Positions 52,401 to 64,000 of a stretch of 64,000 nucleotides of DNA are shown in pieces. The notes below the pieces were generated by a model. The model was not told the origin of the DNA. It saw only the letters and a list, made by a program, of their open reading frames with translations, and made no database searches. Positions within the stretch are counted from its first letter, which is position 1; each line of letters begins with the position of its first letter. The translations under genes and the position numbers were made by a program. Source of the stretch: Antedon mediterranea (taxonomy: Eukaryota; Animalia; Echinodermata). The DNA lies in NCBI RefSeq assembly GCF_964355755.1, contig NC_092672.1, positions 30,324,437-30,388,436 of the forward strand, given 5' to 3'.

Positions 52401-52817
52401 AACTACAATGCAATGATGATAAAACGACTGAAAGTTAACAGAGAAATTAAGAATTACACAGTAATTATGAATTACACATTGCTATAAACGTTGATGTAAA
52501 TTAATAGTATATTTTTCGGAATGCATAGGCCTGCTTATTTATACAAAATATATACTAATGTAGTTCATATTATACAACATTATTCGCCATCACTACATAA
52601 ACCTGATAATTGAAAATAAACAACTTCACAGCATTTAAATAAAATGTTTCATTATTAATTAGCGATTACTCCTTTTGTATTATAATTATTTTATTCATGA
52701 GTAATTATTTTTTATTAATAATGTTCAATATGGTTTGAATATAATTGTAGTATTTTATTTAACGATAAAAGTGTAGGCCTATGTCGTAAGCTTAATAAAG
52801 CTTTTTAATCTATATTT

Positions 52818-54977
52818 TTAATAATTGAATATTTTCACTGTTTTGTCTCTATTTGCCACTGCTACTCTACGTGGATTGTGGGATATGATGCATAATCCTC
52901 GAGGATCGTTGATTCCATCTTCTGCTTTATCAATCCTTTTAATAAACTTTCCACTATTACTAAATAGCTGTAGTTTGTGGTGACTTGATATTATGATATT
53001 GTCATTATCATCAACTAGTACTCCTCCTGGGCTATTCACCTTGCCATCTTCACCGCCTTCATCAACAAGAACTTTAATAAACTTTCCTTCATTATCAAAT
53101 AGTTTTAAGCAGCTTTGATTAAAGTAAAGTACAAGATTATATCCTTGTCTTGTAAGGGCGACATCAATGATACTTACAAAAAAAGAAAAAGACGTATCAT
53201 ATGGTGCTATTTTCTTAATGAGTTTGCCGCTTTCAATGTTAAACATGGCTACATTCTCATCATTAGCTACATACATGATACGTGATGCTTGATCCACATG
53301 GATACCATGTGGACATGTCAACTCATCCTTACCAAATGATTTAACCACTTCACCATTCATAGTGCATATTGTGATGCATTCATTACCACGATCACTAAAT
53401 GCTATATTACCAGTGTTCATTGTGAACATTCTGTTGACACGCACACCTGATAGTGTAACCTTACCAATGTATTTACCTGATTGCTTGTATTCGCGAATGA
53501 CATTGTCCCAATATGAAACAAGCAAGCAATCGTCTCCATGTTTAACTACATCACAAACACTAAGTAACCTGTCCAAGGATATTTGTATGGTTTTTAATAA
53601 TCCTTCTTTCTCTACCTTAATAGTCATTGGAGACTTCTTAATTGGTTCACCATCAACTCTAACGTCAACCTTGCAAATTCCTGCACTTTTACATATACCT
53701 ATCACAGTATAGTCACCATTGACATCCTCTTCTACGTCAGTGATTGTAGTTTCTCCTGTTGGTTGTGTCAATGTAGCTTTTATGTCATTTAGATGTATTT
53801 CACATTCATCAGTTTTGATTATTTTAACATTAATTGTTGGCAATGTCATACTCTCAGCTCCTCTTAATTCTAAATAGTCCGCCCTTGATTGCGTTACAAT
53901 TCCAATATCCTTCTGTAATAAATTAATTTGTTGATTGTTTTTAACAAATTTAATCTCAGCATTAACATCAGGTTTTGTTTTAGGTACTGCACTGATCCTA
54001 TCACCCAGTGATGTGATGACGTCATTACCGGATAACATTGCCGTTGCTTCATTGCCCTTCCCTAGGTGGTGGAGCAAATGGATGTTTGTAGTTATGTACG
54101 ATATCGTCGTTGTAACATCCTCTATTTCGGCATCAGTCGCCTTCCTTTTGATTTTGTACATAGCCTCCACCTCACTTTTTAATTTGTCTCCACTTTCTTT
54201 AATTCTTGTTACCAATTCCTTGACGTGATTATCAATTCCTCTCAAACTCTTTTCCTTCTTTTCATCAAGTTTCTTAACACGACCAGTCATTACTTTAAGA
54301 TCATCCTTTAATTTATCTGTACATTGTTTTGCCTCTCTCTCCAATCCTGCTGACGTTTGTTTAAACGTTTTAAACGCATCTTTTATGCTGATGGTCACGT
54401 GTTTGTCTTTTCCCTCCCATTCCTTGTGATCCATGATTGAACAGTGTATACAAATGGCAACTTTGCATATATTACAAAACACAGTTAAAGGTTCATTGTG
54501 GACGGGACAGAGAGGCGGATGCATCGCATTGATTTCACTTACACTCATAGATCGAACATCTTCCACTGAATGCAACTTGTGGTTTTTACAAGCTGGAATG
54601 TTCTTATGAGCATCACTACAAATATGACACAAATATCGTCTACACTCCTGACAGTAGGTTTTAGATCGACCTTCCTTACCACAGATACATTTTGTCTCAT
54701 CTGTATTTGAAAACTGTTCAATTGTTTCTAACAAATTATTCACAAACGTGTTTGGTAGTAATTTCTTTAAACCGCCCTCTGGAATCTGATAAGATTTGGA
54801 GCAAGTTGGACAGCTTACCTTGATAGTTTTCTTAGACCAGTTGTCAAGACAACTCAGACAGAAGCTGTGAAGACATGTTAAGGTTCTGGGTTCGTTGAGT
54901 CGATTAAAGCATATTTGGCACTCTAGCACCTTCTCATCAATATCTTCTAGAAATTTAGCCAGCTCACTGGAAGCCAT
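52818..54977 (-). CDS. TRIM-NHL copy D, 719 aa, intact
   Basis: Same domain order as copy B, uninterrupted ORF, acceptor tttacag upstream of the ATG at 54977. Confidence 0.92.
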   Translation of the reverse strand: MASSELAKFLEDIDEKVLECQICFNRLNEPRTLTCLHSFCLSCLDNWSKKTIKVSCPTCSKSYQIPEGGLKKLLPNTFVNNLLETIEQFSNTDETKCICGKEGRSKTYCQECRRYLCHICSDAHKNIPACKNHKLHSVEDVRSMSVSEINAMHPPLCPVHNEPLTVFCNICKVAICIHCSIMDHKEWEGKDKHVTISIKDAFKTFKQTSAGLEREAKQCTDKLKDDLKVMTGRVKKLDEKKEKSLRGIDNHVKELVTRIKESGDKLKSEVEAMYKIKRKATDAEIEDVTTTISYITTNIHLLHHLGKGNEATAMLSGNDVITSLGDRISAVPKTKPDVNAEIKFVKNNQQINLLQKDIGIVTQSRADYLELRGAESMTLPTINVKIIKTDECEIHLNDIKATLTQPTGETTITDVEEDVNGDYTVIGICKSAGICKVDVRVDGEPIKKSPMTIKVEKEGLLKTIQISLDRLLSVCDVVKHGDDCLLVSYWDNVIREYKQSGKYIGKVTLSGVRVNRMFTMNTGNIAFSDRGNECITICTMNGEVVKSFGKDELTCPHGIHVDQASRIMYVANDENVAMFNIESGKLIKKIAPYDTSFSFFVSIIDVALTRQGYNLVLYFNQSCLKLFDNEGKFIKVLVDEGGEDGKVNSPGGVLVDDNDNIIISSHHKLQLFSNSGKFIKRIDKAEDGINDPRGLCIISHNPRRVAVANRDKTVKIFNY

Positions 54978-55501
54978 ATTGGATTGATCTGTAAACAATT
55001 AGTAATTTACCTTCAATATGTAAAACAGAATATTGATTCTTTTCTTTTTATTTGAATTGTGTATATTGTGGTAAATTCCCCATTATTACTTTAATAATAC
55101 AGTGGGATAGACATTGTATATTTTAATATATTTTATTCTATTTTAATTAATTTAAGTAAAAATGCATTAAGATTCTTTCTGAGAGCTTGAATACGTCTTC
55201 AATTTTTAAAATTTATAAATACAGTTAGGAACGTGGATTTGTAAAAATATACGGTAATGAACATTCCTAATTCGTAGTTATCACTGAAATAGTCACTAAT
55301 ATTATAGTGATAAATGTTCACTATTTTCGAAAAAAGGTCTGATCTTTGACAGACAGTTTGAGAAAGACACACTGGTTCTTGTTACGTTGGTGTATAGTAT
55401 TTCTATTATGCCATCATGATTGGCTTGTTTGGTAAAATAATATGTAGCATTAGAAACGAATAAACCATGATATCACACTACTAGCTACAAACGAGTATGA
55501 T

Positions 55502-57967
55502 TTACCTCCGTCAAGGAGGTGTACAGTATGTAATCGATCGCGTGTGTTTGTTACTTGGCAAAACTTGAAAAATTTATTTTGCCAAGTATAGTATTTACTT
55601 TGTTTGTATGTATGTTTGCACGCTAGTGCCTACAGTTTTCAAGTTAAGTCAAGTTCCAAAAAAACCCTTGCCTCTTGGACAAAAGAAAAGGGTTATTTTT
55701 TTTATCATGTTTAATTTTAAAACATAACCTGATTTAATGTACCAGCTTTTTAATACGATTAGTTTAAAAAAAAACCTATTTCTTTTAAAATCCACCCGCT
55801 TGTTTTTCGCGTTGCTGTTCCATTGTTAGTCAAATGAGACTATTGTTAGTTGTTAATTTTTTTTTCATTCTGTGCATAGGTATATACTTACTGTCAGAAC
55901 ATGCCTATTGATTTTCAGGAATATTGATATATTGGTCATGTCACAAAAGCTTATCTTCCATCGATATATTAAATAGCACACTCTGTATATTTTTATAACA
56001 TGGACATATTCTTTGACATGGACCAAAATATTAGTCGACTGGCCGAGCGGTTACGCTTACTACATGGGTTAAGGCAGGGGCGCCGCAAATCGGCACAGCT
56101 TCAACACACTCCTGATCCTCGATCATTATTCTGGTCAATCTTGATTTTAGAAAGGTCATTATTGCAATGCCGGGATTGTTTGTATTAAACATTATTTAAA
56201 CAAATTATTAACCCCAGCAGGATTTTAACTATGTAAAGCTAATACATAGGCCTAAACAAATGTATCTTTCAACATGCTCCCTATCAGTGGATATATTTTG
56301 CCAAGTAGATCACTTCTGAGTGTGCTTTCATTTTTCTGTTAGCAGGATTACTCAAAAAGTAATTACAAGATCTTTACCAAAATGAAAATACAGGTAGACA
56401 TGTGGAAGAACCACTCCATTATATTTTGTCCCAATTCCGTCGAGGTATATGTATAATCGATCACGTGTGTTTGTCTGTTTGTTTGTTTGTTAGCAGAATT
56501 ACTCAAAAAATAATTACCAAAATAGAAATACAGATAGATATGTGGTGAAGACGTACTACTCCATTTTGGAGGCAATCCGGACCCAATCCTGGAATGCTTG
56601 TTATAGACCGCGCCATCGGGTGAAGAAAAAAAGCCACCGGAAAACACTTTTCGCTCCGACCTCTGGGAAATAAAAAGTGTTGGCCTAGATCAATCTAATA
56701 ACATGTTCTATTAATATGAACAGTTTGACAAAAATATCGTATCATACGCACTTTACCTCGATTAAACTGTATCGCTAGGCCGCAATATCATGAACATCTC
56801 ATCGATGTATACAGACAGAAAGCGTGGCAAAGTACAGTGTCAGTTGTACGTTGTTACGTCGCGACAATTCAAGTCAAACCGCGTCAGTACAAGTTAAATC
56901 GCGTCATTTGAAGTAAAATGTTGATATTTACTTATCTCGATACATTATTTTTTTTATTCATTGAATGTCACAATCAATGTAATAAAAAGCAAAATGTATT
57001 TGATTACAGTTTAAACAGAAATAAATGCTAATAAATAAATAATACTAAATAATAAGTAATATTAGATGTTAAATTAAAGGAAACAGCATGAAACATAAAC
57101 AATCTTGATATAGTATATTTTGAAACATTTATTTTTTTCTTGCATTGGCTGACTTCATACAGAGGCAGATTAGTTACCATTTGGTATAAATAAAGACTAG
57201 CCATTTGACATTTACTGTATTTATGTTATACTGTACCATATTTGGTACAGTATATTAATAGTTATTTATATATAAGTAATAGTTATATAAAGTATTTTAT
57301 TCAACTGAGTAATAATTTGATGAATCAATAACATTTTGAAAAGGTCATGGGTCAACACGAGTAAAAAGGAATTGAAACTACGGACATTTAAATGTAATTT
57401 TCTCTTTATAGGTCACGTTTTTTATGTCAAACTTTGTGTTATTACTTATAAAATATTATTAAATTAATTACTATAAAATGTTTTCTTATTACCCAAACAT
57501 CGGAACGGGATTGAACGATAGGATTTTCACCCGATGGCCTATTAGCATTATTTTCAAACCTGACAGAATGTTCAAAGGCCGGCGAGCACTAAAGAAACAA
57601 GTAAACTGAAATTGCATTTTCTCAATAACTTTGTCCAAAAAACTTCATTTGTGTACAAGAGGCAAGAGTTATAGTTTGTGATTTGTAATTTTAAAACATA
57701 ATTTGATTTAACTTACAGGTGTTTTGATACGAGTAGTTTAAAAAAACAATACTTCTTTTCAAATTCACCCGTTTGTTTTTGGCGTTGCTGTTCTAATGTT
57801 AGTCAATTGAAACTATTGTTACATAACCATTACACCAAATTCACATACACATGGTTGCAGTGAAATTAGCCTAAATCACACACAGCAGCATTTTGTTTCT
57901 GGTGAAATCTTATATAGGAGAATGCTATAGTAGGCGGAGGTATGCACTCTCGGAGTGTCGTTCTAGT
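55502..57967 (+). mobile_element. Composite Helentron/DINE-like insertion in the 5' intron of TRIM copy D
   Basis: Begins ttacctccgtcaaggaggt + (TTTG)-like tract and ends ggcggaggtatgcactctcggagtgtcgttctagtt (sub-TIR, hairpin, CTAG). About 55330-58000 is absent from copy B (~35080). Internal repeat ~55670-55850 and ~57650-57820; SINE-head remnant at ~56040-56085. Confidence 0.55.
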
Positions 57968-59999
57968 TGTATTAAGCTCCCGAGGCCAACATCAAAGGGA
58001 CAATTATGTGCATGGCCTAGCCTTCGCTAACATTCGAATCTAGATGGAAGCAGATGATTATTTAAGTTAAAGTTAACTTAGGAACAGCACTGTACTAGGC
58101 GTGTTAACTAATGAATGTATTGCATTCGTTGAATCGTGAGAACATATCCATTAGTTGTGATCAACGTTGAATAGGACAATGAGGCATTCGACCCATGGAC
58201 AATTATTATGTACGTATATAATAAATAATATAAAATGTATTTTAACCCACTCTCCTGGGAGGGAAAGTGTTGACAAAGAGCAAGACAGTAGTAAAAGAGC
58301 CTTACCTTGTTTGTTCTTTCCTTCCAAGGTCCAAGATCCAATCTTTGCGAGGGTTAACTCACGACTGTTTTCTACCTCATTCCCTAAGCATCAAATAAGA
58401 TTTGGTTAAAAAGCACAACTAAGCTTATCTATCCTGTATTAGGGAGTTACTTGCCGTTGGATGTGCAAACAAGATTAAACAAATAAAACCTCTGAACAGA
58501 ATGGCTGAAGAACTTTTATTCTAACTTACGTTTTTGTGTGTCAATTGATTAGTCTTTGATTTTGTAGACTGGCACAAATGCTCTCATATGTAAGTTGAAA
58601 CAAAATGGTTCCGATATGAATTACTAATGTCCTTTGACGTTTTATTATAGCATATTGATTCGTCTATATACTGTAGTCTATTAACAGAATGTTTCCGAGC
58701 GGAAACGTTAAGAATCATATAGACCTACGAAAGACACCACAATGATTATAATAAAGGGTTAATCAGTTATGTTTACCCTACTCTCAAAGAGGGCTCATAC
58801 TATGACTTTGTTTTTCTGTAGGTTTAATATGTTTAAAGTATTAACATAATAAACTACCACAATAAACACATATTCCAAAGAAATGACAATATCGTACTTG
58901 TTATAATTTGTAAGTATAATAACTACGATTAAATGCAGAATAATCCTCATGTACAGTAACGTGAAATCACGTTGTAGACTTGTGACGTTTTTTGATATGT
59001 ATTCTCTGTTCTTGTTTGGTTATTGTATTTTTGGTATGTGGACGTAAATTATTAAACAGTGTGCATGATTTTTGAAACTTGGTAATTTTTCGGAAAACTG
59101 AAATGCATTTTGTGTCATCGTTTTTTGCTAAATTCAATTCAAGCATATCGCAATGATTTACGACATTACTACCATCGGCCTATACAATCAACCATTTCAA
59201 GTTTGTATGCAAATAGATTTATTTCATAAAGACTATGACGTCAACAGGAAACTTTATTGTATTCTGACAGTCGGTCCTTTTCGATGTGTTTCAGTATAAA
59301 CCCACTTATTTTTGAATTATTTAAAACACATTTTGTCTTTCCAAATGTGCTGTGGTGCCTAATGATATTTAAAATATTTGTTATTTGTTCTTCAAAGTCA
59401 GAGTGGTAGGTAGGGAGTAACGGTGTAGCTTTCTCATTCTTATTCAGTATTACATTAGTAGCAGAGTCTCATTCCGATGATAAAAACGATGTAGCTTCTT
59501 CATTATCATGGCTCGCTTGACTATCGTCTGCTAACCTTAATGGTGCTAACGTAACAGTAATGTTTCTGTCTGTATTCTTTATTATTAATATTGTTTGTTA
59601 TAATCTGTAATATTGTTTGAAATAATCTTGTTTACGAACCTCAGATTAATCGATTATTAACGAGTATCTCCATTTTTAACATTTAAATCATTTATATTAC
59701 GACATACTTTGGTCATACTAATAACTGTTTATAAAAAGTTACCTAATGATGTACACTTAACTCCATGGTGATTTGTTTTGCTCTCACCTCTGCCTTGTCT
59801 ATTTCCTGCTATTATTCAAAATAATTAAATATAATAAAAATAATCCATTAAGCACTTGTACTGTGGTTATACTATTGTTTGGCTGGGTGCTTTTTTGTAG
59901 TTTGAATCTAGTTAACATAATACATAAAAACACATAATTATGCGGACACTTGACTTCTTCGTTTGCTTCATGTTTACTGTATAAAATATCTGGTGATAC

Positions 60000-62083
60000 C
60001 TTAATGAATCATTTAACAATAACAACCACATCAATTATCTCAATATTCGGAAGTTTCTATAAATATTCTTTCAAATATTCAGAATGCACAATTTTTCGAA
60101 TTGTTTACTGCGCGTTTACAAGAGCCTAATCTCCTTACCTAACAATGGTACCGATTTCTCTTATTGTACGGAAGAAATCCGATAATATATGTATTGGTTG
60201 TTCTATTCATGTCACCGGGGAGTTTTAAATCCCATTCCTCCATTATTCATCAACATGTTTGTATTTATTTAAATCAATTGGATCACCGTTCAATGTATGT
60301 AAACAAATTAACTGGACTTAAGAACAAATAAAAAAGAAAAGTTAGTTTTACATCCCTTTTTTATCTATTATTGTGGAGCCGAAATAATGTTATTTTTAGT
60401 TATTTTTTCATAAATAAAAAACCGTGTTTATTCGAGTAAACAACCCGCTTTGAATAAACGCCTTCCTCGAATAAACTCCGCCATAGAACAGCTCCTTGGG
60501 CCTTTATTTATTTCCTCGAATAAACAACCCGTCACATGCATACTATATACATTTCTATTTGTAACACTTCATTGATTGACATTTTGATACCATTTTTACT
60601 GTATATTATCACTTTTTGATATTAAATGTGTTACCATATTACAACCAAAAAAATAAATGCATCCCCCGAATAAACGAAAACGAGCGTTTATTCGAATAAT
60701 CGTTCAAATTATTGTATGATCTCGAGTGTGTTCCGAGGTATGTAAACGTTAATTAAACATTTTTTACCGTATATAAAATAATCGGGAATAAAACTGGAAT
60801 AATCGTGTATTCAATGCCATGACCGTGATCTTTAAGTGTTCCAATGTGTGTAAACGTTAAATGAACATTTTAAACTAACCGTAATGCAAATATTTTTTTT
60901 TTTTTGGCCTAACGTTTACTATGTAACATAAAGAAAGAATTATAATCTTAAGTAATCTTAACAAATTATTATAATGTAGGCTACTGAAACATCTAAATAA
61001 TGTTTACATTGTTGATGTACTTTTATATAAACATTGTGATTCGGATCAACGTAAAATATACATATAATATGAATGACGACAATTTATGAGAGAGATTTTA
61101 TTTTTGTATGAAAACCAACACACAGTATCTAAAACTGAAGTAATGGAGAAAATTAAGTGAAAACCTGACCTATTTTATTTTTTTTCTCTTTTGTGGCGTT
61201 AACCACTAATTTTATTCATTTCATTTTCAAATGATCAATAAAATGATTTTATACATCTTCCTAATTTATATTATTCTAAAGTTGTTTTTACCAATTATTT
61301 TCTTATATTTTCTCCTATTTTTTTATACGATTTGATAAAAAATAATTCGATCACTATAGTATGTTCGTAAAAGTTCTATATAGTTATATGTCTCGCATTA
61401 TCCATCTTTTTTCATAATTTTCATTTATTTTGCTACTTGCTCTACATCTAAAACTTAAATATTTAAATGTACTAAAAAAAACAGTTTCTATTTCAATGTA
61501 TCTTAATTATTTTTCACAGTTTCCTTGTTTTATATTTATCCCTATTTTATTGTACCCACAAATTAACCTTAAATAGTAAGTTCATTTAAATAATGTATTA
61601 TCAATTAATGATAGGTCCTTATTCCTAATAAAAAAATAAAATAAAACTACAATGCAATGATGATAAATGACGGGAAGGTACCTAAAGTAATTATGAATTA
61701 CAAAGTAATTATGAATTACACAGTAATTATGAATTACACATTGCTATAAACGTTAATGTATTTTAATAGTATATTTTTACAGAATGCATAGGCCTTTTTA
61801 TTTATAAAACATATATACTAATGCAGTTAATATTATACAGCATTATTCGCCATCACTGCATAAACCTGATAATTGAATATAAACAGTTTCACAGCATTCA
61901 AATAAAATTTTGTATTATTAAATAGCGATTACGCCTTTTTTCTATATTTATTTTGTTCACACGTTATTCTTTTTTATTAATAATTGATAATGTTCACTAT
62001 GATTTGAATATGATTTTAGTGTTTTAATTAACCATAAAAGTGTATGTCGTAAGCTTACTGAAGCGTAGCTTATTAATCATTAT
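60000..62083. repeat. Segmentally duplicated 3' spacer of the TRIM unit (paralogous to ~13690-15073 and ~51300-52817)
   Basis: Long shared runs, e.g. ttattgtacggaagaaatccgataatatatgtattggttgttctattcatgtcaccggggagttt at ~13860 and ~60161. Confidence 0.85.
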
Positions 62084-64000
62084 TTAATAATTGAATATTT
62101 TCACTGTTTTGTCTCCATTTACCACTGCTACTCTACGTGGATTGTGTGATATGATGCATAATCCATATGTAATGCTGATTCCATCTTCTTTTTTATCAAT
62201 TCTTTTAATAAACTTTCCACTTTTACTAAAAAGCTGTAGTTTGTGGTCACTTGATATTATGATGTTGTCATTATCATCAACTACTACTCTTTTTGGGTAC
62301 ATCACCTTACCATCTTCATCGCCCTCATCGACAAGAACTTTAATACCTTCATTATCAAATAGTTTTAAGCAGCTTTGGTCACAGTAAAGTATAAGAATAT
62401 ATCCTTGTATGTGAGATCAATGATATTTACATATTGAAAGCCAGTAGTATCACATATTCTCTTAATTAGTTTGCCACTTTCAATGTTAAACATGGCTACA
62501 CATCCATATTTAGCTACATACATTACACGTGATGCTTCATCCACATGAATACCATGATGATTTGTCAACTGTCCCTTACCAAATGATTTAACCACCTTAC
62601 CATTCATAGTGCATAATGTGATGCATTTATTTCCACGATCACTGAATGCTATGTTACCATTGTTCATTAACAACATTCTGTAGACACTCACACCTTCTGA
62701 TAGTGTAACCTTACCGATGTATTTACCTGTTTGCTTATATTTGTAAACACCATTGTCCAAACATGAAACAAGCAAGCAATCGTCTCCATATTTAACTACA
62801 TCATAAACATCTTTATCTATTTTGATATTGTTTAATAATCCTTTTTTCTCTACCATAATAGTCATTGGTGACTTCTTAATATGTTCACCATTAACTCTAA
62901 CATCAACCTTGCAAATCCATGCACTTGTACATATACCTATCACAGTATAGTCACCATTGTCATCTTCTTTTACTTCAGTGATGATAGTTTCTCCCGTTGG
63001 TTGTGTCAATGTAGCTTTTAAGTCATTTGCATGTATTTCACATTCGTCAGTTTTATTATTTTAACAGGAATTGGTTGACCAGTTGTCATACTCTCAGCTC
63101 CTCTCAATTCCAAACAGTCTGCTGCCCTCAACGTTGTAATCATTCAAATGTCATTCTGAAATGAAGCCATTTTTTGATGGTTTCTCACAAAGTTAATCTC
63201 AGCATTAAAATCATGTTTTGTTTTAGGTACTGCCTTGATTCTATCATCCAGTGCTGTGATGACGTCATTACCGGATAACATTGCCGTTGCTTCATTGCCC
63301 TTCCCTAGGTGGTGGAGCAAATTGATATTTGTATTTATATACGATATCGTCTTTGTCACATCCTCTATATCGGCATCAGTTGTCTTCCTCTTGATTTTGT
63401 ATATTGCCTCCACCTCACTTTTTAATTTGTCCTCACTTTCTTTTATTCTTGTTACCAATTCCATCACGTGATTTTCAATTCCTCTCAAACTCTTTTCTCT
63501 GTTTTCATCTAGTTTCTTAACACAATCAGTCATTACTTTAAGATCATCCTTTAATTTAGCTGTACATCTTTTTGCCTCTCTTTCCAATCCTGCTGACGTC
63601 TGTTTAAACGTTTTAAACACATCTTTTATGCTGATGGTCAAGTGTTTGTCTTTTCCTTCCCATTCCTTGTGATCCATGATCGAACAGTGTATACAAATGG
63701 CAACATTGCATATTTTACAAAACACAGTTAAAGGTTCATTGTGGACAGAACACAGAGGCGGGTGCATGGCATTGATTTCATTTACACTCATAGATCGAAC
63801 ATCTTCCACTGAATGCAACTTGTGGTTTTTACAAGCTGGAATATTCTTATGAGCATCATTACAAATGTGACACAAATATCTTCTGCACTCCCGACAGTAG
63901 GTTTTAGATCGACCTTCCTTACCACAAATATATTTTGTCTCATCTGTATTTGAAAACTGTTAAACTGTTTCTAACAAATTATTTAGAAACGTGTTTGGTG
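62084..64000 (-). pseudogene. TRIM-NHL copy E; decayed, RING portion beyond the window end
   Basis: Split into ORFs 62084-62305, 62365-63009 and 63144-63875 by indels (~62345, ~62410, ~63055) and a stop at 63144-63146. First B-box Cys changed to Tyr. Confidence 0.88.

Overview
AT-rich eukaryotic DNA with spliceosomal introns, probably an invertebrate deuterostome such as an echinoderm (inferred from the gene families and Deu/Nin-type SINEs). The window holds: (1) an 11-coding-exon minus-strand gene (1163-7462) for a secreted protein with 8 ADAMTS-type TSP1 repeats, Thr/Pro-rich linkers and one CUB domain but no protease domain; (2) a tandem array of at least five TRIM-NHL genes (RING-Bbox1-Bbox2-coiled coil-filamin-NHL) with single-exon CDS. 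Two are intact (31454-33610, 52818-54977), one has a single frameshift (37828-39956) and two are decayed (15074-29688, split; 62084 to the window end). Their variation concentrates on the predicted ligand-binding loops of the NHL propeller; (3) a 5-exon transglutaminase-like, kyphoscoliosis-peptidase (KY)-like gene with an MGCGSS N-terminus inside the array, with an Academ-like long-TIR element in one intron; (4) a nested transposon stack inside the first TRIM copy: a full-length 2A-like/PHD/APE/RT LINE containing a foldback element (8-bp TSD), which contains a Rex1/Babar fragment, which contains a Helitron, plus a second LINE; (5) SINEs, Helentron-like elements, MITEs and apparent TA-flanked excision footprints (TAGGCCTA, TACAGTA) visible by comparing paralogues. 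Exon boundaries and junctions were read by eye; no alignment or database search was run.
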